A stretch of DNA of 63,463 nucleotides, filler included, from Chiloscyllium plagiosum (Eukaryota): assembly GCF_004010195.1 (NCBI RefSeq). It is 4 parts of one record of this genome, joined end to end, with 100 filler letters (N's around TTAATTAATTAA, not from the genome) between each part and the next. Parts side by side here need not be neighbours in the genome. Positions count along the whole stretch, not along the records: positions 31,835 to 57,678 come from NC_057716.1; 3 more parts are not named here. The stretch is one strand, 5' to 3'. The translations under genes were made by a program, and so were the position numbers. Positions 39,951 to 55,149 of this stretch are shown here, in pieces (positions within the stretch are counted from its first letter, which is position 1; each line of letters opens with the position of its first letter). The notes beneath the pieces are model-generated. The model saw nothing but the letters and a program-made list of their open reading frames with translations, searched no databases and had not been told where the DNA came from.

Positions 39951-40606
39951 CCAGCTGGAGCTTAAATATGGTGCCTCCTTCTGGGCATGAACCCCAGAAG
40001 TTTCCAACGAGGGAGTAGGATATAGTGAGAGTGTGTGCCATAGAGAGGTAGTGCATATGTAATCAGGTGCACAGCTTGAGAAATTTCACCAGAGCTCATG
40101 GGGAAAAACTCTCCACAAAATTGCCCAAAATCGATATTGCTGATTTCTTTTTGAAACAATTCAGGTTCTTCCTGATTTGACAAGTCTAATCTAATCTCAG
40201 AAGCACTGGAAGAGTTTTGCAAAGTGCCTTGTAGACCTGTTCTTACATACATGCATAGATGTAGGGCAAGAATTTGTTTTCATCTTGAAAATTAGAGGTT
40301 TTGACTGATAAACTGCACATCAATTTGTTCAGTGGCTGAAACAGTGCAATGAATGTTTGCTCACATCCAGACAGCTTCAGGGGTTAACAATGAAAGATTT
40401 AACCGTTCACATTTTTTCCATTTTTGTTGGCAGGGGGACTGAAATGTTCAAAGTTTGCGGCCATCATTGAAACTTTGTCAATGCTTCCTGAAAAGAGGAG
40501 AAAGACCGGGTAAGGCGGTTAAACATGCTGGGGTTTTCTCAGGAAATACCTCCGGCAATGTTCTCCTGGGATTTTAGAAGCTATTTAACAAGACAACCTG
40601 ATCTCG

Positions 40607-40922
40607 GAGCAGCACAGTGGCTCAGTGGTTAGCACTGCTGCCTCACAGCGCCAGGGACCCGGGTTCAACTCCAGCCTCAAGCAACTGTCTGTGGAGTTTG
40701 CACATTCTCCCTGTGTCTTGCGTGGGTTACATTCAGGGTGCTCCAGTTTCCTCCCACATTCCAAAGACCTGTAGGTCAGGTGAATTGGCCATGCTAAATT
40801 GCCTGTGGTGTTTGGTGTACTAGTCAGAGGGAAATGGGTCTGGCTGGGTTAGTCTTTGGAGGGTCAGTATGGACTTGTTGGGACGAAGGGCCTGTTTCCA
40901 GACTGTAGGGAATGTAGTCTAT
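40607..40922 (+). mobile_element. HE1/V-type SINE in the FAM237A intron
   Basis: gtggctcagtggttagcactgctgcctcacagcgccagggacccgggttcaa head. Confidence 0.85.
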
Positions 40923-41452
40923 TCTGGGCTGTGGTAACACCCACTTCAGTCCCATTTCCAAGAAGCTGGCCCAGGATTAGGGTGGAGGTGGTGAAACTGA
41001 GCAATGATTGCGCTCTGAGCTCTTGTGCAGACATCTCAGTGAGATGATTAAACTCACCCCAATACTTCTGGCTGTTCTTTTCGCGACGGCTTTTAACGAT
41101 GGAATTATCCAGGGCAGAATGTGTGATTAGAAAAATGTTTCTCTAATGAGAACAAAAGGCTGTTGACAATCCAAAAAAAAAAGCAGAGCAACTTTGTCCA
41201 GGTCTCACAACATGACTGCTGCTCAAGCATTAAATGCATTTCAATTTGGTTTGAACAATATTTGACCTTTGGCGGCAAATCAGGGCCATTTGCAAATTCT
41301 ACTCGTGCCCACAAATTTATGTAGTACCTTTAACTTAGCAAAATGTCCCAAAGTACCAAACAAAACTTGACACCAAGCCATGATGTCACCAACCCTGGAA
41401 TTTTCTCTCTAAGCATCTGCATCTCTCTAGTGTCCCTGAAATGTATTTCTCA

Positions 41453-41923
<471 letters not shown>

Positions 41924-43344
41924 NNNNNNNNNNNNNNNNNNNNNNNNNNNNNNNNNNNNNNNNNNNNNNNNNNNNNNNNNNNNNNNNNNNNNNNNNNNNN
42001 NNNNNNNNNNNNNNNNNNNNNNNNNNNNNNNNNNNNNNNNNNNNNNNNNNNNNNNNNNNNNNNNNNNNNNNNNNNNNNNNNNNNNNNNNNNNNNNNNNNN
42101 NNNNNNNNNNNNNNNNNNNNNNNNNNNNNNNNNNNNNNNNNNNNNNNNNNNNNNNNNNNNNNNNNNNNNNNNNNNNNNNNNNNNNNNNNNNNNNNNNNNN
42201 NNNNNNNNNNNNNNNNNNNNNNNNNNNNNNNNNNNNNNNNNNNNNNNNNNNNNNNNNNNNNNNNNNNNNNNNNNNNNNNNNNNNNNNNNNNNNNNNNNNN
42301 NNNNNNNNNNNNNNNNNNNNNNNNNNNNNNNNNNNNNNNNNNNNNNNNNNNNNNNNNNNNNNNNNNNNNNNNNNNNNNNNNNNNNNNNNNNNNNNNNNNN
42401 NNNNNNNNNNNNNNNNNNNNNNNGCAATGATGATCAGGCTACAGTTATTTCCATTTGCATTGTCAATTAATCTGTTTTGTTACAAATAATACATGCTTTC
42501 AAATGCTGAGCCTTTAGCTCTGTTTTTTAAAATCATTTATCCGTTGGTACACATTTTAGGTTCGTGCATGCCATCCTTTTTCTGTCAAACTCTGATAATC
42601 ATTTCTCTTAAAGTTACCTTATTTTCTTCTTTGATCTTCTCTACTTAAGTTATCAAATCATCCCAAATTTGATCTCTTGCCCCTACCATTTAATTTAAAG
42701 CCCTCCTCATGGATAGGGTGAATTGACAAGGTCTTTTTTCCCCCAGGGTAGGGGAGTCCAAAACGTGAAGGCATGCATTTAAAGGTGAGAGAGGAAAGAT
42801 TTAAAAGGGGTAACTTTTCACACGAAGGGTCATGTATGTATGGAATGAGCTGCCAGAGGAAGTGGTGGAGGCTAGTACAATTACAACATTTAACAGGCAT
42901 CTGGATGGGTATATGAACAGGGAGGGTTTAGAGCGATATGGCAAAACGTTTGCAAATGGGACTAGATTAATTTAGGATGTCTGGTCAGCATGGACGAGTT
43001 GGACTGAAGGGTCTGTTTCCATGTGTATAACTCTCTCTCTATGGTTCTACGGCAGATGGAGCTGGGTTTTATAACTCAGCCTACACTGCAGCCCTTCCCC
43101 AGCTCTACACTCAGGTGTCAGCCTGGAGTTAGTGCTCAGGTCTTTGCAATGGGCCTTGAACCCAGAACATTTGGACACAGAGGAGCAAAGGCTAACGGCA
43201 AAAAACACCCAGCAGTAATGGAAAATTCTGGACTGACAGGAATGATTTGATAAGAAATAGGAACAGGAGTGGGCCATTCGGCCCCTCAAGCCTGCTCTGC
43301 AGTTCAATGGGATCATGGCTGATCCGACATTCCTCAGGTCCACA

Positions 43345-45230
43345 ATCTCCCTAATGTGGCTGAGTTGACTACATTAGCAGGTAGGGCGTTCCACGCTCTT
43401 AACACTCTCTGCGTGAAGAACCTGCCTTGATGTAGGTCTTAAATCTATCACCCCTCAATTTGTAGTTATGCCCCTTCATACAAGCTGATGTCATCATTCT
43501 AGGAAAAAGACTCTCACTGCCTACCCCATCTAATCCTCTGATCATCTTGTATGTCTCTATCAAATCCCCCATTAGCCTTCTTCTTTCCAATGAGAACAGA
43601 CCCAAGTCTCTCAGCCTTTCCCCATAAGACCTTCCCTCCAGACCAGACAACATCCTGGTAAATCTCCTCTGCACCTTTTCCAATGCTTCCACGTCCTTCC
43701 TGTAATGGGGCGACCAGAACTGTACACAATATTCCAAGTGTGGCCACACCAGTGTTTTGTATGGTTACAGCATGATATTGCGGTTCCATAACTCAATCCC
43801 TTTACAAATGAAAGCTAACACACTGTATGCCTTCTTAGCAGCACTATCCACCTGGGAGGCAACTTTCAGGGATGTATGTACATGGACTCCAAGATCCCTC
43901 TGCACATCCACGCTACCAAGAATCTTTCCATTGACCCAGTACTCTGCCTTCCTGTTATTCTTCCCAAAGTGCATCACCTCACATTTAGCTGCATTGAACT
44001 CCATTTGCCACATCTCAGTTTCTAATCCAAACTACTAAATCACCGCAATCCCATGCCGCTGCATTTTCTCCAACAGCCTACCATGTGGAACCTTATCAAA
44101 GGCTTTACTGAAGTCCATGTATACCACATCAACTGCCCTACCCTCATCTACATGCTTGCTCACCTTCTCAAAAAACTCAATGAGGTTTGTGAGACACAAC
44201 ATGCCCTTGATGAAACCATGTTGATTATCTGAAATAAAATTATTGTTTGCTAGATGATTATAAATCTGATCTCTTATAATCCTTTCCAAAACTTTTCCTA
44301 CAACAGAAGTAAGTCTCACTGGTCTATAATTACCTGGGTCATCTCTGCTGCCCTTCTTGAATAAGGGCACAACATTTGTAATCCTCCAGTCCTCAGGTAC
44401 TAAACCCATACACAATGATGACTCAAATATCAAAGCCAAAGGTTCTGCTATCTCCTCCCTAGCTTCCCAGAGAATCCTTGGACAAATCCCATCCGGCCCA
44501 GGGGACTTGTCTACTTTCACTCCTTCTAGAATTGATGGCACCTATTCGTAACTAACTAAGGTCCTTTTCAGTCTAATATCTCATACCTCATTCTTCTCCT
44601 CTACAATATTCTCCTTTTCCTGAGTGAACACCGATGAGAAATGTTCATTTAGCACCTCTCCGATCTCCACAGGGTCCACATTCAACTTCCCACTTCTGTC
44701 TTTGACTGGTCCTATTCCTACCCGAATCATCCTTTTATTCCTCACATTCCTACAGAAAGCATTAGGGTTCTCCTTTATTCTATTTACTAAAAACTGCTCG
44801 TGTCCTCTCTTTGCTCTTCTTAACTCTCTCTTTAAATCTGCCCTAGCTGATCTGTAACTCTCCATCTCCCCATCTGAACCATCTTGCCTCATCAACACAT
44901 AAGCCTCCTTCTTCAGTTTAGCAAGAGATGCAATTTCTGTTGTAAACCACGGTTCCCTTATCATATCACTTCCTTCCTGCCTGACAGGGACATACCTATC
45001 AAAGACACATAATATCTGTTCCTTAAACCAGCCCCACATTTCCATTGTCTGCATCCCCTGCATTTTGCTACCCCATTCTATGCATCCTAATTCTTGCCTA
45101 ATCGCATTATAATTGCCTTTGCCCCATCGATAACTTTTGACCTGTGGCATGTACCTATCTCTTTCCATGGCTAAACTAAACTAATTATGGTCACTCTCTC
45201 CAAAGTGCTCACCTACAACTAAATCAAACC
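43345..45230 (-). mobile_element. Decayed CR1 LINE ORF2
   Basis: DKSPGPDGI, PLFKKGSRDDPGNYRPV, VDVVYMDFSKAFDKVPH, PHLEYCVQFWSP. Confidence 0.9.
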
Positions 45231-47175
45231 ACCTCTCATTCTTCTAAACTGTACTGAACAGTGTCTCAATCTCTTTAGCCTTTGGTCATAAGACAACGCC
45301 TCTGTACCACAGATTGTCTGAGTCAACCTTCTCTGAACTGCCACCAATGAAATGATATCTTTCCTCAAAAAAGGGGACAAAACTGCTCACAGTACTCCAG
45401 GTGTGGTCTCACCAGCACCTTGCACAGTTGCAGTAAGATTTCCCTCCTCTTATATTCCAACCTCTCTGAAATAAGGACCATTATTCCATTCACCTTCCTG
45501 ATTACCTGCTGTACCTGTGTGCTAGCTTTCTGTGGTTCAGGCATAAGTACCCCCCACCCCCCCACCCCAAATCCCCTTTGGGTTGCACCTTTCTGCAGTT
45601 TCTCTCCATTTTAAAAATATGCTGTTCCTCTGTTCCCCTTTCCAAAATGAACAACTTCGCATTTTCCCACATTATACTCCATTTGCCAGCTTTTTGCCCA
45701 CTTACTTAACCTATTGAAATCTCACTGCAAACTGTTTGCATCCCTCTCACAACCTGCCTTTCCACCTATTTTTGCATCATCTGCAAATTTGGCTACAGTA
45801 CGTTCATTCACTTCCTTCCACCAAGTCATTAGTATAGATTGTAAACAGTTATGGTCCCAGCACGGAACTCCACTGGTTATGGTTATCAACCTGGAAAAGA
45901 ACCCCTTATCCCCATTCACTCTTTCCTGCTCTTTAGCCAATCCTCTATTCATGCCGATATTCTACCTCCAACACCATAAGCTTTTATCTTATGCCGTAAC
46001 TGTTTGTGAGGTATCTTGTCGAACACCTTCTGGAAGGCCAAATACAACACATCTACTGATCCTCCTCTATCCACTCTGGTTGAGACTCAGAGTCATAGAG
46101 TCATAGAGATGTAAAACACAGAAATAGATCCTTTGGTCCGACCCGTCCATGCCGACCAGATATCCCAACCCAATCTAGTCCCACCTGCCAGCACCCAGCC
46201 CATATCCCTCCAAACCCTTCCTATTCATATACCCATCCAAATGCCTTTTAAATGTTGTAATTGTACCAGCCTCCATCACTTCATCTGGCAGCTCATTCCA
46301 TGCATGTATCACCCTCTGCGTGGAAAAGTTGCCCCCTTAAATCTCTTTTATATCTTTTCCCTCTCACCCTAAACCTCTAGTTCTGGATTCCCCCATCCCA
46401 GGGAAAAGACCTTGTCTATTTACCCGATCCATGCCCCTCATGATTTTATAAACCTCTGTAAAGGTCACCCCTCAGCCTCCGACACTCCAGGGAAAACAGC
46501 CCAAGCCTTTTAAGCCTCTCCCGATAGCTCAAACCCTCCAACCCTGGCAACATCTGTGTAAATCTTTTCTGAACCCTTTCAAGTTTCACAACATCCTTCT
46601 GATAGGAAGGAGACCAGAATTGCATGCAATATCCCAAAATTGGCCTAACCAATGTCCTGTACAGCCGCAACATGACCTCCCAACTCCTGTACTCATTACT
46701 CTGACCAATAAAGGAAAGCATACCAAATGCCTTCTTCACTATCCTATCTACCTGTGACTCCATTTTCAAGGAGCTATGAACCTGCACTCCAAAAAATTCT
46801 AATAAGTTGGACGGACACGATTTCCCTTTCATGGAGCGATGCTGACTCTGCTTGATTAGAATATCATTTTCCAAATATGCTGTTATTACTTTCTTAACAA
46901 TTGATTCCAACATTTTTACGACAATAGGTGTCGGGCTAAAATTGGTCTATAATTACCCATTTTTTGCCTCCCTCCCTTTTAGACCAGGGGTGCTACCATG
47001 GGCAGCTTTCCAATCCTCCGGTACTTCACCAGAATCCATGGATTTTTTTGGAAAATTACAGCCAATGCATTCATTATCTTCGTAGCTGCACCTTTTAGGA
47101 TCCTCGGATGCAAGTCATCTGGCCTAGGGAACTTACATGCCTTTAGCCCCACTAGTTTGTCTGACTCTACTCTGG
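45231..47175 (-). mobile_element. Older CR1 RT fragment with a nested CR1 3' end (~46090-46790)
   Basis: QSQHRSMKGKSCPSNLLEFF, AKFADDAK, LVRPHLEYC; nested copy begins with an agtcatagag tail. Confidence 0.85.
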
Positions 47176-48264
47176 TGATGGGACAGAGGATGAAGAGAAA
47201 AGGTGGAAGATCATAGAATGTAAGTGCAAGTTATCGAACTGAGAAGGAATTAATTTTGCAGCTGTGAATACATTCAAGAAAATCAGCGTATTAACAGTGG
47301 GCAGAGAGTGACAAAGGCCTTTTAGGGAATTAAATTGAAATTGAAAGGGGAAAGCTGTTTGGAATAGATGGGAGAAAATGAGCCATTTCTGACCATTATC
47401 CTCTTACTTACTTAGCCCACAACCTGCATGTTCAGTTCAGGGAATCAAGAGTTTGAAGTACAATGTTCAAATTCTTTCCTCCTGCCTCAGATGGGCAAAG
47501 GCAGATTCGTGTCCTTGCCACATAGCTGGTTGGCAATTGTATCGAAGAGCCTTTTGGCATGAGTGCCAGGACCAAAGCTTACTGGGCCTTGAGCGATGTG
47601 GGCTGTGGTGAGATGTGTCTGAAAATCATCGGAGACACCTATCTCAACACCAAGATCATCTCACCGTAATGTGTTTGCTCTCCACAAGCAACATGGCAAG
47701 GGACTCACTAGACAGTGCAATGTCCCCAGTAGATGCTCAAAATTGCTTGTTAAATGCCTTTTTAACAGCACAGGTCACCATGGGACCATGGCAATCTTAC
47801 TAAACTCACCTCCTGAAGACGCCATCATAGTGGGTTGGATCTTAACAATAGCGAGACAGAGTACAGGAAAGAGAGCTTTGTGTTAAGTTAGGGTGCCCAA
47901 GACTGGGCCTTAAAAGATCAGGCTGTGTAAGAGAGGAAGAACTGTTGGGAATCTGTGCCAGCCAATCCATGTGGAATGGAACCACTGTACTGTACAAAGG
48001 GTGTTGAAATCTGGAACTCCCTTCCCTGTTGATGCTGCATGTCAATTAAAAATGTCAAAACTGAGATTGAAAAGAAATTTGTCTTAAGTGAGGGGATTAC
48101 AGCTACAGAACCAAGACAGGTAAATAGCTTGTGTAGAACAGCCATGATCAAATTGACTGTGAGAACAGGCTCAAGGACTATTGATCTACTATTCTCCCCA
48201 TGTTATAACCTGCATCTTATTAACATCAAATAAACAGTCCAGCTCCAGAAGACTATAATAAAAC

Positions 48265-49250
48265 GAGAGGATGCAGGAGTGGAATTAGGCCATTTGGCCC
48301 ATTGAGTCTACTCCACCATTCGATCATGGCTGATACATTCCTCAACCTCATTCTTCTGCCTTCACCCTGTAACCCTCAATCACCTTACTAATCAAGAATC
48401 TATCTATCTCTATCTTAAATACACTCAATGACTTCGCCTCCACAGTGTTCTGTGGCAATGAATTCCACATTCTCTAGCTGAAAAATACTTTACCATCTCA
48501 GATCTAAATGGTCGTCCCTTCACTGAGGCTGTGCCCTCAGGTCCTAGCCTCTCTCATTAGTGGATACAATTTCTCCAAGTCCAATCTATCCAGGATTCGC
48601 AGTGTTGTGTATGTTTCAATGAGGTCACCCCTCATCCTTCTAAATTGCGTCAAGTATAGATCCAGAGTACTGAACCAACCCTCATCAGACAAGCCCTTCA
48701 TTCTTGTGAACCTACTATGGAGCCCCTCCAAGGCACATACATCCTTCCTTAGATATGGAGCTGAGAGCTGCTCTTCATGTTACAATTGTAGTCTGATCAG
48801 AACCTTATATAGCCTCAGCAGTACATCTCTGGTCTTTTATTCTAGACCTTTTAAATTGAATGCTAAGATTGCATTTGCCTTCCTAACTGCCAAATGAACC
48901 AGCATGTTAACCTTATGAGAATCTTGAAGCAGGAATCCTGACTCTGCGTGTTCCCCCATTTAGAAAATAGTCCATGCCTCTATTCTTTTTCATGTTGTAT
49001 TCCATCTGCCACTCCTTCACACACTCTTCCAGCCTATCCAAGTCATTCTGCAGGCAGAAGTGAGGATGCAGATGCTGGAGATTAGAGTTGAGAGTGTGGT
49101 TCTGGAAAAGCACAGCAGGTCAGGCAGCATCCGAGGAGCAGGAGAATCGACGCTTCATCAGGAGCTTCATCTACACTACCTGTCCCTAGATGACACACTA
49201 TCTTTTTGTCATCTGCAAACTTAGCAACAATGCCTTCAGTTCCATCATCA
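48265..49250 (-). mobile_element. CR1 3' fragment with a nested PLE end (~49055-49165)
   Basis: RRMRGDLIETY; interrupted by gtgaggatgcagatgctggag...ctggaaaagcacagcaggtcaggcagcatc. Confidence 0.75.
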
Positions 49251-50524
49251 AGCCAGCTTGGCTATAAGTTACTGTATACCAACTGCCTGCTTATCAGGAA
49301 GGGCTGGATGAATTGGCGTCATGTGCAGCAAAATATCTGCAATTCTCCATCCCCTGACTTGATTGCATTTCCTTCTGTGGAAAATGGAACATGTCTAAGC
49401 TATATGTCCTTCAGTTAAGCCACAGAAGGTTTGACATCCAAACTATCCTGTGCCTCCTTCACTTGCTTCTAGTATCTTTTTAATAAAAGTGAACTTGCTA
49501 AGTTATGTTGAAAAGGGAGTTCAATTGTGACCTCGAGTGAAGGCTCTTGGGTTTAGAATCAAACTCTTTTTGTTAAACAGAAAGGGGAGGAAGCTTTTAA
49601 TGCTCCTTTCTGCAATGCATTCTGGGAAACAATGCCTATATTGTGGTCAGCTGATATGCAGTATTGCTTATTTAGTTCTCTTTATGCACAGTTTTTCCCT
49701 CCCCTTTAGGGAATAAATTGCTGGAAAGATGAGTAGGTTGATTTGTTAACCAGTTGGACTGTGTCGTGAAACGATGAGGACTAACACATCCCGGAGTGGG
49801 ATTCGAACCCACTGCTTTCTGGCTCAGAGGCAGAGCTACAAACTACGAGGTCACAAGATCGCCACAGACATGGTTGCATTCCCCACATCCTCATGGAATT
49901 GGGCACACAAGCAGGTCAACTCCTTTACTCATTGACCTCTCCCATTGTTTCTCCAGGGTGGGTGAAACCAGGGTGACCCTGCTCAAGTACACAAGACCTT
50001 CCCTTTGCCTTTCTATCAATCTGTCAGTCAATACCATCAAACTGTTTGAAATTTCTTGGCACTCTCTGTCCTTAGTGTCAGAGAACTGTGGATTCCAGTT
50101 TAATTCCAGAGACTGAAGTATGTACCAGTGAAAAAGGAAGGGCTGTAGTAAAAGGGATAATCAGCCATGGATAACTGGGGAAACAAAGGAGGCTATCAAT
50201 TGAAAGCTAATGCATACAAAATGGCAAAGCTTTGTGGGAAACTACTTTAACGGTCAATAGAAAGCCAAGAGAAATGCTATTAATAAAGATGTGATAGTTT
50301 ATAAGAGTAAACTAGCTCAGAATATACATGAAGAAGATCAGCCTATTGAATAGCACACTAGGCCCGAATGGGGCCAAATGGCCTACACCTGCTCTGAGTT
50401 CTTATGCTCTTAGGCAGAAACCTAGCCAGCATTTCTGCTGCACTGCACGTCCGAGGGGATCAGCACTGACAGAGGTGTTGCTTTTCAGATGAGACGTCGA
50501 ATGATTTCTGCACTCTTCTGTTTA

Positions 50525-51705
50525 TTCTATCATGGGCCGTGGGTGTTTGCGGCTAGGCCATACATCTTTTGCCCTTCCCTACTTGTCCCTGAGAAGGTAG
50601 TGATGAGTCATCTTCTTGAACTGCTGCAGTCCGTGTGGTGTAGGGATGCTCACAGTGCTGTTGAGGAGGGAATTCTGGGATTCTGACATTGAAGAAACAG
50701 CTTGGATATATTTCCAAGTCAGGGTTATGTGTAACTTGGAGGGAACTTGCAGGTTATGGGGTTCCTATGTATAGATTCATAGAGTCATAGAGGTGTACAG
50801 CATGGAAACAGACCCTTCGGTCCAACCCGTCCATGCTGACCAGATATCCCAACCCAATCTAGTCTCACCTGCCAGCACCCGGCCCATACCCCTCCAATAC
50901 CTTCCTATTCATATACCCATCCAGATGCCTTTTAAATGTTGCAATTGTACCAGCCTCCACCACTTCCTCTGGCAGCCCATTCCATGCACGCACCATCCTC
51001 TGCTTGAAAAGTTGCCCCTTAGGTCTCTTTTATATCTTTCCCCTCTCACCCTAAACCTATGCCCTCTAGTTCTGGACTCTCCACCCCATGGAAAAGACCT
51101 TGCCTATTTACCTTATCCATGCCCCTCATGATTTTGTAAACCTCTATAAGGTCTCCCCTCAGCCTCCGACGCTCCAGGGAAAACACCCCCAGCCTGTTCA
51201 ACCTCTTCTTATAGCTCAAATCCTCCAACCTTGGCAACATCCTTGTAAATCTTTTCTGAACCCTTTCAAGTTTCACAACATCCTTCCGATAGTATCTGCT
51301 GCCTTTGTCCTTTCAGATGGTAGAGGATGTGGATTTGGAAGACGCTGTATATAGAGGCCTAGTGAGTTGCTGCAGTACATCTTGTACATGGTACACATTG
51401 CTGCTACTGTGCCATCATTGAGGGCATAGTTAATGGTGAATGAAGTGCCAACTGAACAAATTGCTTTGCCCTGGGTGGTGTCAGGCTTTGTGAGTGTTAT
51501 TGGAGCTACACCCCAGTATTCCATCACACTCCTGACTTCGGCCTTGTCAATTGTGCACAAGCTTTGGGGAGTCAGGAGGTGAGTTACTAACTGCAGGATT
51601 GATCTGCTCAGGCAGCCACAATATGACTGGTCCAGTTCAGTTTCTGGCTAACAGTAACCTCCAGGATGTCGCTACTGCAAGATTCAGCGATGGTAATTCC
51701 ATTGA
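50525..51705 (-). mobile_element. Old CR1/L2-group LINE 3' fragment interrupted by a younger CR1 3' end (~50773-51290)
   Basis: KAEVRSVMEY..CTMYKMYCSNS outer frame; inner RRRLRGDLIEVYKIMRG with tail. Confidence 0.75.
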
Positions 51706-53902
51706 ATAATAAACCATAAAAACATAAAAGTTATAAAAGTAGGCTGGGACGATTTTTCACTGGGGCATAGGAGGTTGAAGGATGATCTTATAGAGGTTTA
51801 TAAAATCATGAGGGGTATAGATAAGGTGAATAGGAAGGGCATTTTCACAAAGATGGGGGAGTTCAAAACTAAGGGGCATATTTTTAAGGTGAGAGGAGAA
51901 AAATTTAAAAAGGGCATGAGGGTGATGCTTTTTTTACACAGAGAGTGGTTCGTGTGTGGAATGCAGGAAGTGGTGGATGCAGGTACAGATACAATAATTT
52001 TAGGAGTTCTGCAGTGCATTGATTGGCTGCCTACCTTACGACAATGTCCACCCTGCAAAAATGGCTACATTGGTTGTTCAGAATCGCGGAAGACCGCTGC
52101 TGGATAAACTTAAGTCCTTCATTTCCACAGCAGCCAGAGTCTTGGAGGGTCCCCATCCATTTGCCGCTTCACATAGAAGTTGGTGAGGCATTTCCGGCGA
52201 TCAAGGTGTGTCCCCTAGTGTCACTCCAAGAACCAGAACTGTCTTTGCTTTGGACCGATGTGGGGGTGGAACAGACTATTAAGACTCTTGGAAGACTGAG
52301 ACAAGTGATTAAGGTCCCCTCGCAGAGTGAAATACCCCAGACCAATGAGGCAATGACAGAAGAAAGGCCATGAAACAAAGGTGAAAGGTTATCAAGTGTG
52401 GCTCTCTTTAGTCAATCAGTCTCATGGGGGAGAAGAAAGCAGGTCACCTGACTCCAACTGACCAATGAAACTGCTCGAGTGGGCTTAATGAAGAATGCCA
52501 TATGTCAATTAAATTCCAGGGAGGCCACACGGATGAAGAGTCCAAAAAGGACAATATTTTATTTAAAAATAAATTTTTAAAAACTGAAAATGTAAGACTG
52601 CAATCCGAGCTCAGATTCCTGAGCACAAGGTTTCACTCAGAGCATTCAACAACATGCGTAATTTGTATATGAGTTGTTATTATGAGCAATTAGGAAAACA
52701 AAAACAAGGTGACATTTCACTCTAACTGTTTTGGCTGCAATGTGAATTGCAGAAAGCAAAAGACATTAGGACATTTTAAAAGATAAATGTACCATTTATC
52801 CAATACTGAATTGAAATGAAATGTCATATGAATCAGTTCATCTGCATGTTGTTCAATGCATCCACCTGCAGTAGAGTAATTGAGAGAGCAAATTCAAATC
52901 AAATGTGCTGGATTTAACCCGAGGGCAAATAAAGTATTTCAATATCTATCAATACTTTTAGATGACTAAATATTAACACAGTTACGCACAGACAAATACA
53001 GACTGTGTTTGAGCAGCTGATGGCATTGCATCTTAACCCTGTCAGGGCCAATAATAAAACTTCCCAGCGACGCTGTCGGTTGAGCTAACATAGAAGAGCC
53101 TGGGGTCTGCAGGGTACTGTCAGTCCCTAAAAGCTAGAAACCCGGCAGGTGAATCTGAATGGAGTGGAGAGGGAGAGGAAATCTATTCTCGTTTCACATC
53201 CCACCCCAGAGACTTGAGCTTGGAATCTACTTTCTGTCGCAGTGCTGGGGGGGCATTACACTGTCAGAGGCACGATCTTTACAATGAATCGTTCATCCTC
53301 AACCCTACTTCTCCCCTTTGTTAAAGATGGGAGAACCCATTGTTCTGTTTTGTAGAAGAGCGAAAGGACTCTTCTCTGGCGTCTTATTTATCAATATCTT
53401 AAAAGAAAAGTAACCTGTCGTTATCATATTAGTTCTTTTCGGGGCTGGGAAAGGGTGGATTCATAGAGTCATACGACATGGAAACAGACCCTTCGGTCCA
53501 ACATATCTGTGCCGACCAGACATCCCAATCTGGTCTAGACCCTTTGCCAACTTTTGGCCCCTATTCCCCTAAACCCATCCGATTTGTAGGTGTTGTAGTG
53601 GACAAAGGAGAACATTATCCCAGAGCACAATGGGACCTTGATCGGATTAGCCGATGGACCAAGGAGTGGAAGGTGGAGTTTCATTTAAATAAATGTGAGG
53701 TGCTGCATTTTGGTAAATCAAACCAGGGTAGGACTTGTACAAGTAATGGTAGGGCCCTGGGGAGAGATGCTGAAAATGACCATGTGAGATCTATGCTGTA
53801 TGAAAACTGACTGCTGCATTTCCATAGAATGCAGTTCAGAAAACACAGGGCTTATTTGACTGCAAAGTGCTCTGGAATGCTCATAGGTCACGAATAGTGC
53901 TA

Positions 53903-55125
53903 TCGAGAATGGGGCACTGGAAAAGCACAGCAAGTCAAGCAGCAGGAGAACCGACATTTCGGGCTCTTCATCAGGAATGAGGCTTGTGGGCCGGGGGGCT
54001 GAAAGATAAATGGGTGGGGGTGAGGTTGGAGGGAAGGCAGCTGGGAATACGATAGGTAGGTAAAGGTGAGGGAGAAGGTGATAGGTCGGAGAGGAGGGTG
54101 GAGCGGATAGATGGGAAAGGTGATGGACAGGTCAAGAGGGCGGTGCCGAGTTGGAAGCTTGGGACTGGGATAATGTGGGGGATGGGGAAATGAGGAAACT
54201 GTTGAAATCCACATTGATCGTGTGGTTGCAGGGTCCCAAGGCAGAAGATGAGGTGTTCTTCCTCCAAGCATCGGGCAGTTAGGGTTTGGTGATGGAGGAG
54301 GCCCAGGACCTGCGTATCCTTGGCGAAGTGGGAGGGGGAGTTGAAGGGTACAGCCACAGGGTGGTGGGGTTGGTTGGTGCGGGTGGCCCAGAGATGTTCT
54401 CCAAAATGATCCACAAGTAGGCATCCTGTCTCCCCGATGTAGAGGAGACCACATCGAGAGCAATGGACACAGCAGATGACATTGGTGGAGGTGCAGGCAA
54501 ATTTCAGTCAGATATGGAAGGATCATTTTGGGCCTTGGGTGGAAGTGAGGAGGGAGGTGTAGGCACAAGTTTTGCACTTCTTGCGGGAGCCAGGGAATGT
54601 GCCAGAAGTGGAGGGTGGGTTTGTTGGGGGTGTGGACCTAACAAGGGAGTCGCGAAGGGAATGGTCTCTCTGAAGTGCTGACAGGGTGCGGAGGGAAATA
54701 TATTCCTGGTGGTGGGGTCTGTTGTAGGTGGCAGAAGTGGTGGACAATGATGTGATGTATCCGGAGGTTGGTGGGGTGGAAGGTGAGGACCAGAGGCGTT
54801 CTGTCCTTGTTGCGTTGGGAGGGGTGAGTTCAAGGGCGGAAGTATGGGAAATAGAGCCGACGCACTGGAAGGTATCGGCGACCATGTGGGAGGGGAAATT
54901 GCGGTCGTTGGAGAGGGAGGCCATCTGGGATGTTCTAAGGTGGAACTGGTCCTCCTGGGAACAGATGTGGCACAGGTGGAGGATTTGGGAATAAGAGATA
55001 GCATTTTTACAGGAAGCAGGGTGAGAGGAGATGTAGTCCAGCTAGCTGTGGGAGTCCATGGGTTTGTAGTAGATGTCTGTGGTTAATCAGTCACTGAGGA
55101 TGGAGATAGAGAGGTCCAGGAAGGA
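53903..55125 (-). mobile_element. Penelope-like element (RT end, GIY-YIG, 3' end)
   Basis: RDHSLRDSLVRST..GTFPGSRKKCKTC, LLYIGET-type motif, HFNSPSH-like PFNSPSH; degenerate hammerhead end at ~53950-53975. Confidence 0.85.
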
Positions 55126-55149
55126 ATAGCACTACGTCAATGCAAGTTC

